Shown one piece after another: positions 31,901 to 39,269 of a stretch of 64,000 nt of DNA. A program made the position numbers and the translations under genes. This DNA is from a virus (taxonomy: Duplodnaviria > Caudoviricetes): positions 32,001 to 96,000 of IMG/VR virus record IMGVR_UViG_3300032290_001460. One strand, 5' to 3'. The notes beneath the pieces are model-generated. The model was not told the DNA's origin and made no database searches. It saw only the letters and a program-made list of their open reading frames with translations. Position 1 is the stretch's first letter. The number at the start of each line of letters is the position of its first letter.

Positions 31901-34900
31901 AATGGCTTGTAGAACACCGTGCGGCAAAAGAATGGCAGGACGGTTTCCGTCAACGATTCGGAAGTACTACGGCATTAACGTTCACAAACCCTGATGGTGT
32001 TGATGTATTGGACAGGGAATCATTTAGTAATTATCCCGGAATCCAAAACAGTGAAAATATTGAACAAGTTTTACAAAAGCGTATTGCTGCAGAAATAGCA
32101 ATGAATGCTCAAAAGTTATTGAAGGATGCTCGCACCAATAAAGAAGTACCTAAAAAAATAAATCGTTACGTAAGTCCTAATTCCGGAATGCCTGACTCAA
32201 GTCGCTCAATGCGTCCCATAGGTTCTGACCTTCCGTTTGATTTACGTACTGGTGAGCCTCGCCGTATGTTTGATGAAACTGACGCACAGTGGAATGCTCG
32301 TCAAGTTCCAAAAATTGATTTTGATAAGTTTAAGTTCCCTGAATTAGAAGAAGATAAACCGAAGAAAAATCCATTGGATGGATATCTCAAAGATTATAAT
32401 ATTCCTTTGGATGCAATGGAAGGCGAAACTTGGAAAGAGTATGCTAAGAGAACTGGAACTAAAATTCCAAAAGGTGAAGACCCTAACTACGTTTTAGTCG
32501 AACCTCCCTTAAGAGGTGCTTCACTCGGTGATGTTTCAGGCAGTAGGTCACAACGTTCGACACCCCCAACTAGGACGGTATTGAAGGAGCGTACCAGGAA
32601 GGGCGCTGGAATAGCAGGGCGACTACTCACCTCTAAGAGAGCAAAGAAGTTACTTGAACGTATGGGCGTATCTGAAGAAGATGCAGAGGCAACGCAGTTT
32701 ATTGGCGAATTGGCTTCAGGTTTTGCTGTAGGTGGACCTGGTGGATTGGCAGCACTATTTGGACGTAGAGTTGGGCGAGATGTTGCCGATGTTGGTCTAC
32801 GTGAAGCAGTTAAGCGAGGATGGTTGTCGCCAGACCAGGCTCAACGTATAGAGAAGCAATTATTGGATAGGGTAGCACCCGAAGGCTTGCCAGATAGATT
32901 GTCTGATGCAATTGAAAAAGGTGCGCAAGTAGCCACAAGCGATGCTGCTCGTGAAAAAGCACGAGATATCGCTGATGCGGCCAAAGAATTTGTTAGTGAA
33001 AATGAACGACTCCAGAAAGTCAAGGACCGCCTAGGTGAATTGGGTGGTTCTTTGCGTGAAAGAATTGGCATTGGAAATTCTAGTAGCAGGTCCCAACGTT
33101 CAAGTCGAACAGTACCACCAGAGAGTCCTAGGGTCCAAGTTGGAACAAGACCCGGAGCCGCACCAAAGAGTTCAAGAGTACTGAACGTCGTGGAACAACG
33201 TTCCAGATATTTGGAAGCAGAAAACAATAGACTTGCTAAAGAAAAACGTGATGCCTTAAAAAATCGTCCAGAAGGTGTTTCTAATGAAGACTGGAAGAAA
33301 TATAAAGAATATGTAAACTCACTTGAAAATTCTTTTGGTTTTGGTGGAAACGACAATTTTGCATTTGTTGAATCATATGACGCATGGGCGGAACGACGTG
33401 ACATGCTTGAGACTGATGAAGAATGGAATGCTCGCTCGCAGAGAAATCAAGCAAGAAAAGCATCTATATCCGCCCCAGATGCGGCAGACACCACAGATAC
33501 TCCAGATGCAGTAGATACTCCAGATGCAGATACGCCAAAAAAACCAAGAAAACCAAGAACGCCAAGAACTCCGATACAGCCAGCCTCCGGTAGTCGCGAT
33601 GTGACTGTTAGTGGCGACAATGAAGGAATTATCAATTTGGGTGACGACGTGACAGTCAATAGTTCCCCGCGTATAAAGTTTGGGAAACGAGAGAAAATTG
33701 GCGATAATCAAAAACCACAACCTGACTCGCCTCCCTCGACTCCCGACTCACCTCCCTCGACTCCTAAAGATGGCTACGTATCAATATATAACATAAAAAC
33801 CGACGACTTCATAAGTGAAGCAGTGGATGTTGTTGAATACAATGCTGAGACTCGTGAACTACGTGTTATTTTCGCTGGTCAAGAAGATTATTACCATTTT
33901 ATTGATGTGGATGAAAAAGAATTAAATGATTTTAATGGCGAATTTGAATCCATTGGTAGCAAAATTGACAGAATCAAGCGGAGCAATAATCGTTCCGTAA
34001 GGACGCCGGATGGTTCGGTAATTAGTTGGAACGGCAAAGAATGGTCATACAAAGAGCGTTCTTCGTCTTCGGGGGCTCCTAATAAGCCCAAGGTTCCATT
34101 CGAAGCAGATATAGGCGATGAGTCGGGGACACTTAGAGATTTTTCGAGAAAACCCTCCACAGGTGCTGGGCCTTTTGCCGATAGTGGTTCTGGGCCAGAA
34201 ATTTTTTCTGGACCAATAACCAAGAGGGTAAAAGGTAAAGAAGTATCAAATGCACGGCAGGAAATGTACAAAGCACGCAATGCTGTTTTCTCCCCATATG
34301 GGCAACCCGATGAGGGTACCCCAGAATATGCAAATTATTTTATAAAACATTTTAATACTTTGAATAGCAATCTTGAAGTTTTATATGAACATATTTTGGA
34401 TATTGAAGATACTCGTGACGAAAATGGCAAGTTGACTCCGAGCCAACAAAGCAAGTTGAAGACAATTAAAAAAGATGTTGCATATTACGAAAGTGCACGT
34501 GGACTTGCTCTCAGGAAATTGAAAGATAAAATTTCTTCTGAAGATTATGATGGTCTAGAAAAGAGCGTTACTACTAGGGCAACAAACTCTGCTGCAGATA
34601 AAGAATTTGGTAATCCAGTATCCAAAACAAAATTAGTTAAATATGGTGACTTGAAGCCACTTCTCGCATCTTTGGATGATGAACTTCTCCCCACTACACC
34701 TCCAGATGATTTTGACCCAAATTCTACTAACCCTGGCCAGAGAGACGCGAGTTGGCAAAGAATAAGGCTTGAACATGCCAGAAAGCATGAATTAGTGAAA
34801 GTTGATGGAAAACTTGACGCTAGACATTTAAGTAATGGAGAGTTAGGTTCGGGGTACGAGTCCCTGCATGCTCAGCAAGCAATCGTTGACATGAAGGACG

Positions 34901-36063
34901 GGGAGTCAATCCTTGTACAGAACTTGCCCGTAGGTGACGAGAACCATAGTCCTTATGGAATTGTAACTAAACACAATGGTCGGGCCATTTATTCAGATTT
35001 GTCAGAAGAAGATTTCAAAACACTTGATTCTAAGACTATTTCCACTGACAATCTACCCGATAGTGTAACTACTTACATCAAGGCAATAGATACTCTGAAA
35101 CAACAAGTTTCTGGAACGCGTCTTAAAAATATTGACTTTACAGCAGTATACATATTGGACAGAGACGCAACTAAGGACATAAATGGTAAAACATATAATA
35201 TTGGCGGCTTCGTAATCGGTTTTAGCCCAGCAGCACCAGAATCGGAAGGCACCTTAACTCTCAATGGTTTAGACATGCCTAGCCATAGGTCGTTGGTGCG
35301 CCATGAATGGGGGCATCGAGTCAGTCAAATGCTTCAGGAAGATGCTGCAGTTAGTATAGGCAGTGATGATGTCATGGAATCACGAAAAGAAAATATACGA
35401 ACTTTTTCTAAAACTCCGACATATTCCGTTCACGACTTAAAGATTTCCGATACTAATGACTGGAAAGATGCTATTGAGTCAGATAAGCAAACTTCATCTC
35501 AGTTTGAATTAGCGAAACATGGGCATACTAAAGAAATTCAGGGTGGATTGGATGGTGTAACAGAGTATGGCACGACCAATCGTGAAGAAGATTTGGCTGA
35601 AGCAATAGCAATATATATGGAAGCAAGAGCACGACCTACTGGTGATTGGAGAATTGGAACGACTGCTGATGGGCGACATATTTCATATGGGGAGATGTTC
35701 CCTGCAAGATTTAAGTTACTTAATGAAATATTTGATGGCAAGCCAGAAGATACTGCGGAAGTAAATGCTCCAGATTTATCTGGCCGTCCAATCATTACTC
35801 TAGATAGTCCACCTCAGTCGACGGGACGCCCCACTATCCCAGTTTCTCCTACGGCGGGTCGCCCCAATATCCCGAGTCCTAGTACTAGGCCAATTATTAA
35901 GTTGACTAATGCTTCTTCGTTGAATAGTACTTCTTCTGTGCGAGATATTTTAAAGGCCTTAGATAACAATATGTCTGCCGAGGATATCGCCGAGGCTACT
36001 GGAATGTCGCTTAATTTCATTTTGGATATAATTGAAAAAAGAAATAACAGACTAGGAGTATAG
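25987..36063 (+). CDS. Giant polyvalent protein (~3360 aa): RCP tag, two zincins, degenerate ART-like modules, KTSC, C-terminal HTH
   Basis: RCPSGTPNANQF (26686); HEIGH (28153); PPG/PPT tract; IIVPAGSRG..DDIILPPGSF VIP2-like remnant; DUF3626-like remnant (~31100-31750); KTSC-like (~33814-33985); HEWGH...YGTTNREEDLAE (35302); MSAEDIAEATGMS. Track start is TTG 25975. Confidence 0.8.
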   Translation: MTGRSIPRRYSKINQNTKTTSRIEKSAVHFRSLQEFSATKPFMDPTISVKVLGDGLKSSGSGDGKERTSGPDGDEYDGPVIKLDWNPRAKRKPGQILKLHASYRELTSKEGAKWGWVDPPKEVSAEDSARFLQQAIEWKKKQPKAVLKLYKNTSHGTHELEPVKEINIKTLAESFNFENSQDFYSGNFHNALSEIPLEFKQLGQTIGQILPGQRIDLARAVSRGLIVDANGKFRCPSGTPNANQFTDLDMSNCSTFSPKKIAGRLDRAISRFEAWKEEGLRLADERDMIDSINPRFQRAKKNYTTLDRNREIEERSQDIIKTILNMPELRQFLLDNGFDPSDDTTVNNADLFAYIMLYDKTFESQPDALDRQLSRIEGLFGDALVWEPVLDSQGNPVMDSQGNPVMKARPFKYDRNKNFKENMADYREAVGNTILSIIGDQRLTSGKSLSDALKNYKNPTHPLHSQYLEAKVILDNFMLTHEMVQRGTLMTYAQHSVENPEQFGIITKFEAFMPEHVTPGAPVDDETIAAFWAIEGEMASGAGMGYQTAKIMRSNTFQMMFSPFIDMRALAQITEPTPENPYGLTAKLDFQSQGNVELSLQEKMQLWSQMLNQIQDADTFARMLRQQARTDEEKMFVQLQEQVKQRQEQLGRIFVGAELQNELRNIAKRMGISEDAASRMWYQFSKASNMFANDLSASRITELNGGMSFNLALQAKARHVAWHEIGHSLQYYSAGKRIQEFVDAEGGFPLFRDGKLIRELGPDTTQWTNDDWRMAVNSLVLDAPQLITQWPPDGVGKFEEKMLHLLSGAYYQNEIKDFWKNPSSVSPKLAVALTEAHVELYALKKMGVIEGDDIDTTLEYFENIIPSRGYRSPPAPISPNPPPQPPAPPGPPAPPGPPGPPGPPGPPGPPTPPTPPTPPTPPGGGRTVTIGGDNTGIVNLGDNVTIETGDTFVVGDIIIDGKKIDPDNITININVTYVYPSGGGEEPDKPKIDIEVVDTDGQPPVPEDLWPRIASHISEDQATQWEHAPRAKTRVGRDRSRIKDWTDEVFGLTSEDKEVGGAGDETGDAFGQTKAYSEMTPEQLDARFEKIKSETDKLLERSKTEPLSENEQAKLWLGLKSLRYLLHVNRERSHMTDEKRAKAEERGYKTKPGKYMSKADGTYPPSRVSKWKYRTALERHAAAGGVEISELDEDELVHWLREIGAHAGSNFDGRPGFDASSSPYEKGKLREKANFITSADAEADVDDATTPSAATVAPSTTGTPDVDAPDSATPSASSPSKKPRKPKVTGKTSPKEWGKKERDFILEWQAGSVGEFLGGDEPINERESFGILLGAFNEEGMSSLIRRSYEARKKYIEGTDKRPSKPSPNETSPYIDEEITEVIAPMLRLLDETQISEDIEIHYVIPSELGADVGTGEIMEVGSLTRGKIIDAESSVDMGSSELSASTRVKIIVPAGSRGMPDKNSHNGDIDDIILPPGSFVIVDVDSDGTITAIPHYQKSAPEVLEAMLDDLRELPAPENELERLERERIAIAINDARAAKPAGGRISNRDGAGIPGAPDESQVPDDFAESSRSQRGVSKTAIQQNRMKSRNIDALNSQKKSGSQPFAQNESFVSLSTISPEYEKIGMYISPVEVQSRQKQIDSAVANITEYSSQLKKLIENPDADFLELKDSVPPDVFEFVSKATPEELNNIVSSTLFDFHKGFDDRVHVPIQVSGFDDVMKFGRVRPITEINPDSNVSRMRSARELSIGISPIAESRARTVDGYLRHTSHQDAIQQHLDSLPPSAVKRNINNFLDTEEFSPFGDIRKGDASIDLVLFPEVSRRSGYVRGDFMRSGNIPTPILSESMDDVSAAHMSLSDLGPSDRNAKLKQIFDVVDSNLTGKNSKLFSSSSSRGKLQSDKFDAVVPNGVDFDEVSEIKIPNRILDTSKFTLSIDEIGGVDMLKENGFSPKDRELLLAKINSGEIKLNNAKWLVEHRAAKEWQDGFRQRFGSTTALTFTNPDGVDVLDRESFSNYPGIQNSENIEQVLQKRIAAEIAMNAQKLLKDARTNKEVPKKINRYVSPNSGMPDSSRSMRPIGSDLPFDLRTGEPRRMFDETDAQWNARQVPKIDFDKFKFPELEEDKPKKNPLDGYLKDYNIPLDAMEGETWKEYAKRTGTKIPKGEDPNYVLVEPPLRGASLGDVSGSRSQRSTPPTRTVLKERTRKGAGIAGRLLTSKRAKKLLERMGVSEEDAEATQFIGELASGFAVGGPGGLAALFGRRVGRDVADVGLREAVKRGWLSPDQAQRIEKQLLDRVAPEGLPDRLSDAIEKGAQVATSDAAREKARDIADAAKEFVSENERLQKVKDRLGELGGSLRERIGIGNSSSRSQRSSRTVPPESPRVQVGTRPGAAPKSSRVLNVVEQRSRYLEAENNRLAKEKRDALKNRPEGVSNEDWKKYKEYVNSLENSFGFGGNDNFAFVESYDAWAERRDMLETDEEWNARSQRNQARKASISAPDAADTTDTPDAVDTPDADTPKKPRKPRTPRTPIQPASGSRDVTVSGDNEGIINLGDDVTVNSSPRIKFGKREKIGDNQKPQPDSPPSTPDSPPSTPKDGYVSIYNIKTDDFISEAVDVVEYNAETRELRVIFAGQEDYYHFIDVDEKELNDFNGEFESIGSKIDRIKRSNNRSVRTPDGSVISWNGKEWSYKERSSSSGAPNKPKVPFEADIGDESGTLRDFSRKPSTGAGPFADSGSGPEIFSGPITKRVKGKEVSNARQEMYKARNAVFSPYGQPDEGTPEYANYFIKHFNTLNSNLEVLYEHILDIEDTRDENGKLTPSQQSKLKTIKKDVAYYESARGLALRKLKDKISSEDYDGLEKSVTTRATNSAADKEFGNPVSKTKLVKYGDLKPLLASLDDELLPTTPPDDFDPNSTNPGQRDASWQRIRLEHARKHELVKVDGKLDARHLSNGELGSGYESLHAQQAIVDMKDGESILVQNLPVGDENHSPYGIVTKHNGRAIYSDLSEEDFKTLDSKTISTDNLPDSVTTYIKAIDTLKQQVSGTRLKNIDFTAVYILDRDATKDINGKTYNIGGFVIGFSPAAPESEGTLTLNGLDMPSHRSLVRHEWGHRVSQMLQEDAAVSIGSDDVMESRKENIRTFSKTPTYSVHDLKISDTNDWKDAIESDKQTSSQFELAKHGHTKEIQGGLDGVTEYGTTNREEDLAEAIAIYMEARARPTGDWRIGTTADGRHISYGEMFPARFKLLNEIFDGKPEDTAEVNAPDLSGRPIITLDSPPQSTGRPTIPVSPTAGRPNIPSPSTRPIIKLTNASSLNSTSSVRDILKALDNNMSAEDIAEATGMSLNFILDIIEKRNNRLGV
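28602..28755 (+). repeat. Proline-rich PPG/PPT tandem tract
   Basis: PPAPPGPPAPPGPPGPPGPPGPPGPPTPPTPPTPPTPPG, built from 9-nt units. Confidence 0.9.
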
Positions 36064-36066
36064 AGG

Positions 36067-36591
36067 ATGAAACCCAGGGCTATTTTGGTTGGTGAAGATG
36101 AGGGGCGTAAATTATATTATTTCCTTGACCCTATTGGTTCGGGTAAAAGCGATGGCGCAATTATAAATGATGATAATAAACCAGAAATGATAGATTTCTT
36201 CACCTACATCGCCACCCACCCGTACATTAAAGAATATAAATTCACCGACTTTCACAAATTCCTCTGGGAAAACCCAAGTCAAGAAGACGAAAAAAAATGG
36301 GTAAGAACATTCATAAATAAAACCCAAAGTGTAGATGGTGACCTGTTAAATGGTGTCAAAATAGAAACAGACCTTGACCCAGGAATTCGCTCAAAACACT
36401 ACTTTGAAAATCGAGGAATCGACTTCAAAGCATTGCGTGCCTCCAATGCGCTGGAGAATATGGATGGTTCGGTACTTGCTAGACAAATACCGTACAATCT
36501 GCGGACGGTAGGTTCAAAAATATTTAAAGAAAAAACTTTAGAATCAAAGAAAAACAGAAAGTTCAAGTTGGATGGAACACAAAATGGATGA
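36067..36591 (+). CDS. Hypothetical protein
   Basis: 174 aa, AGGAG/GAGG Shine-Dalgarno, directly after the 3362-aa ORF. Confidence 0.7.
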   Translation: MKPRAILVGEDEGRKLYYFLDPIGSGKSDGAIINDDNKPEMIDFFTYIATHPYIKEYKFTDFHKFLWENPSQEDEKKWVRTFINKTQSVDGDLLNGVKIETDLDPGIRSKHYFENRGIDFKALRASNALENMDGSVLARQIPYNLRTVGSKIFKEKTLESKKNRKFKLDGTQNG

Positions 36592-37249
36592 GTTTGAAAT
36601 GGACGAATTTGAAGTGAAGGCTCCACAAGACGCCATCTTGGATTTACCACAAGAAAAATTTACAGGCGATGTACTCAAGGGCCGTGGACCCCGGCGAGGC
36701 AATCTGGAACGTCTCCTTCGCTACTGGCGTCCCATTATGCGCAAACCAGGCGGCTTTAGGCGATGCAAAGTCATCCTGGCAGACCATCCAGAACTGTATC
36801 CATTAAATAATATTTGCGCATGGCTACACCATGAAACTACAGGCTTATGGCCCAATGAGGGGTGTCATCACCCTGGAATGAAGAATTGTAAACGTAAACT
36901 GAAGAAAGTTTTCAATGGTTCTAAGTGGAATGACAAGGAATGGGATTCCATGATGAATCGTCGGTTCAAGCCACAAGGTAAGTCGTTGCCATTTGATGAT
37001 GAGATGTTCTTTTCTGATTCTTGGCATACAAAGACGGCCATTATTGTTATCCCTGGCGAAAATCATGTCGTGACACTCGATGACATGGCTCATGCAATGA
37101 GAGTTCTGAAAGATTTTTGTGAGATGGAATCAGATTTTGTTGAATTTTTGCGAAACAACGACAACTGGGACATGTTAGGAGAAGACGGTATGGGGAACAT
37201 GATGAAGTCACTCGTACCGCTGGACGAGGATTGCGGTTGCGATAAATGA
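36584..37249 (+). CDS. Phage head-associated protein with Cys/His motif
   Basis: GN.ERL.RYW, GGFRRC, CAWLHHETTGLWP: a motif set I recall from phage capsid-maturation region proteins. Alternative start 36572. Confidence 0.65.
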   Translation: MDEFEMDEFEVKAPQDAILDLPQEKFTGDVLKGRGPRRGNLERLLRYWRPIMRKPGGFRRCKVILADHPELYPLNNICAWLHHETTGLWPNEGCHHPGMKNCKRKLKKVFNGSKWNDKEWDSMMNRRFKPQGKSLPFDDEMFFSDSWHTKTAIIVIPGENHVVTLDDMAHAMRVLKDFCEMESDFVEFLRNNDNWDMLGEDGMGNMMKSLVPLDEDCGCDK

Positions 37250-39267
37250 TTATTTACGATATTCAGAAACCATCCAAATGTTGCGAGCAATTAATGATGC
37301 ACGTTAAGCGTCATGTTGTTTCTGACCGTCAACCATCCCAGAGTAGTGTCATCCTAAGTAAAAGTGCATTGACTCCAGAGATAACAACGTATAAAGCGAT
37401 GAGTCACGCCTATGGGGTTAGACATCTATACAACGTCAAGCGTGTTGGTTTATTAGGCTCAAATACCGCTATTGGTCAGATGGCACAATCTATTGGTTCA
37501 TACGCCCTACCAGGTGATATTTCCCCCATAAGAAGCCCTATTCGTTCTGCTGCTTTTTCGGCACTAACTCCGGGTATGCCAGGGATTCCTGGAGGTCGAC
37601 CACGCAAGAGTAATCGTGTAGCACGATGCCCTGAGGGTTACCAATATGGTGGACGTTTTGCTAATAATGAACTTTCAAACTGTGGCGCACAATTATTCGA
37701 CCTACCTAGTCCACTAGGTTTGGCTATTGGTGCTTTGCGTCGTATAGCACGCGCTGCGAATGCCCTAACTCCACCCACGCTCGTTGGCTCCCCTGTCACT
37801 CCAGGGCAATACACTGACATCCTGGATTCACGTAGGCCACAAATACCGCGAGTTAGCAATCTTAATGCTCCAGCAAAGTTGCAAGCAATTACGAAACTTG
37901 TAGCAGATATGGGTGCTCCGGACATTAATGCGACACGCCTCGTTCGACGCGACGGCTTTGTTCTCCAACCTGTTGTCTCTGCTCGCGTTTTGCGTTCAAT
38001 CCCAGATAACAGAGACATGGAAGATGCCGCCTATCTAATGACTGCAGGGGACCTTCCATCATTGGGTGGAGAAGAATTGGGCCTGCTCTCAAATACTGGT
38101 GTTACTCGTTTGACATACGTTCTTCCCGGTGGCTCTACGTTGAGCCTAGAGAAGGTGCGTCCACTAACTATTGGTGAGCGTCGCAAACTTGGTCGCACAG
38201 TCAATGCTGCTAGCACTATAGATAATACCGAGAACCCTATTGCGCGTCTACAAAAAGTAGTTTCTGAAACTGGAGATGGTATTAAATATACCGAAAGTTT
38301 CAAAAATGTAGATAACCCCCACCAGGTTGTGCCTGGACGTAATGGTAAAAATACTGAGAAGTGGGTTAAGGAACTATTTGGCAAGCCATCTAAGGTATCT
38401 AAGGCTCCAGAACGTCCTTCCGCTTCAAATGCTGCAATAGGAACAAAAATTACTTCCGTTGACGAAGCAGTTTCACATATCAACTCTGGTGGTTCACTGG
38501 CCGATATTCCGCCTTCGTTGTTGGCTGAAGCGTTGAAGCAGGTCGATTTGTTTAAGAAGATACAGGCCCGCAATGGTTTGAATAGGGTTTACGGGCCAGA
38601 TAATCATTCTTATTGGATGAAGGATTCTGCAGGTAATTTCGAGGCAATCAATGCTGTATTCCAGTCTGACATGCAACAACATCTTGGCCTTGAATCACCA
38701 GACGTATTCCCTGTGGGTACTGGCGATAAGCGTAGTTATCTATATCAGACATCAAATGTTGTTTATCCCGGAGTTTCTCCAGATAAGGAGAAAACTGTTA
38801 ATGATGTCAACGAAAAAGATATGGCTAAACTTTTTGTGTCGGACTTTGTTTCCGCTAATACGAATAGGTCTCCAGCGTCCATTGACGTAGTGTCATCCGC
38901 CGAGGAGTATAAGCCCGTGTCGAACGTATTCGAAACTGAGTTAACACCTCTTGCGGAAATTAAAGTACGTGAGCAAACCAAGAAAGTCATTGACGGATTC
39001 AAGGCTGCTCAGGGTGATGGCATATATGGCGATTACTACAAGAAATTGAAGGCATCTCAGCGCCGTTTATTTTTGCGTGAAATACAGAAAATGCTTGAAC
39101 GCGCACGTTTATTCAACTTCACCAACTATAGGAGCCGTTTGACTTCAGGTGGAGAGTTGACTGCTGGAGAAAAAGCACATATTGATATTGTTCAAAAAAT
39201 ACAAAAAAATAGATTAGAGATTTTGTCATCTACTATTGAAAACCTAAACGAAATCCTTGGTGGATAA
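37246..39267 (+). CDS. RCP-tag protein with C-terminal HipA/PI3K-like pseudokinase
   Basis: RCPEGYQYGGRF..ELSNC (37624). The C-terminal part aligns by eye to the kinase module of 40893-49115 but lacks its catalytic residues. Confidence 0.65.
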   Translation: MIIYDIQKPSKCCEQLMMHVKRHVVSDRQPSQSSVILSKSALTPEITTYKAMSHAYGVRHLYNVKRVGLLGSNTAIGQMAQSIGSYALPGDISPIRSPIRSAAFSALTPGMPGIPGGRPRKSNRVARCPEGYQYGGRFANNELSNCGAQLFDLPSPLGLAIGALRRIARAANALTPPTLVGSPVTPGQYTDILDSRRPQIPRVSNLNAPAKLQAITKLVADMGAPDINATRLVRRDGFVLQPVVSARVLRSIPDNRDMEDAAYLMTAGDLPSLGGEELGLLSNTGVTRLTYVLPGGSTLSLEKVRPLTIGERRKLGRTVNAASTIDNTENPIARLQKVVSETGDGIKYTESFKNVDNPHQVVPGRNGKNTEKWVKELFGKPSKVSKAPERPSASNAAIGTKITSVDEAVSHINSGGSLADIPPSLLAEALKQVDLFKKIQARNGLNRVYGPDNHSYWMKDSAGNFEAINAVFQSDMQQHLGLESPDVFPVGTGDKRSYLYQTSNVVYPGVSPDKEKTVNDVNEKDMAKLFVSDFVSANTNRSPASIDVVSSAEEYKPVSNVFETELTPLAEIKVREQTKKVIDGFKAAQGDGIYGDYYKKLKASQRRLFLREIQKMLERARLFNFTNYRSRLTSGGELTAGEKAHIDIVQKIQKNRLEILSSTIENLNEILGG

Positions 39268-39269
39268 TA

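Noticed and set aside
17905-32301. Diversity-generating retroelement template/variable repeat pair
   Set aside because: Differences between the copies are not adenine-specific and many are synonymous; no reverse transcriptase is in the window.
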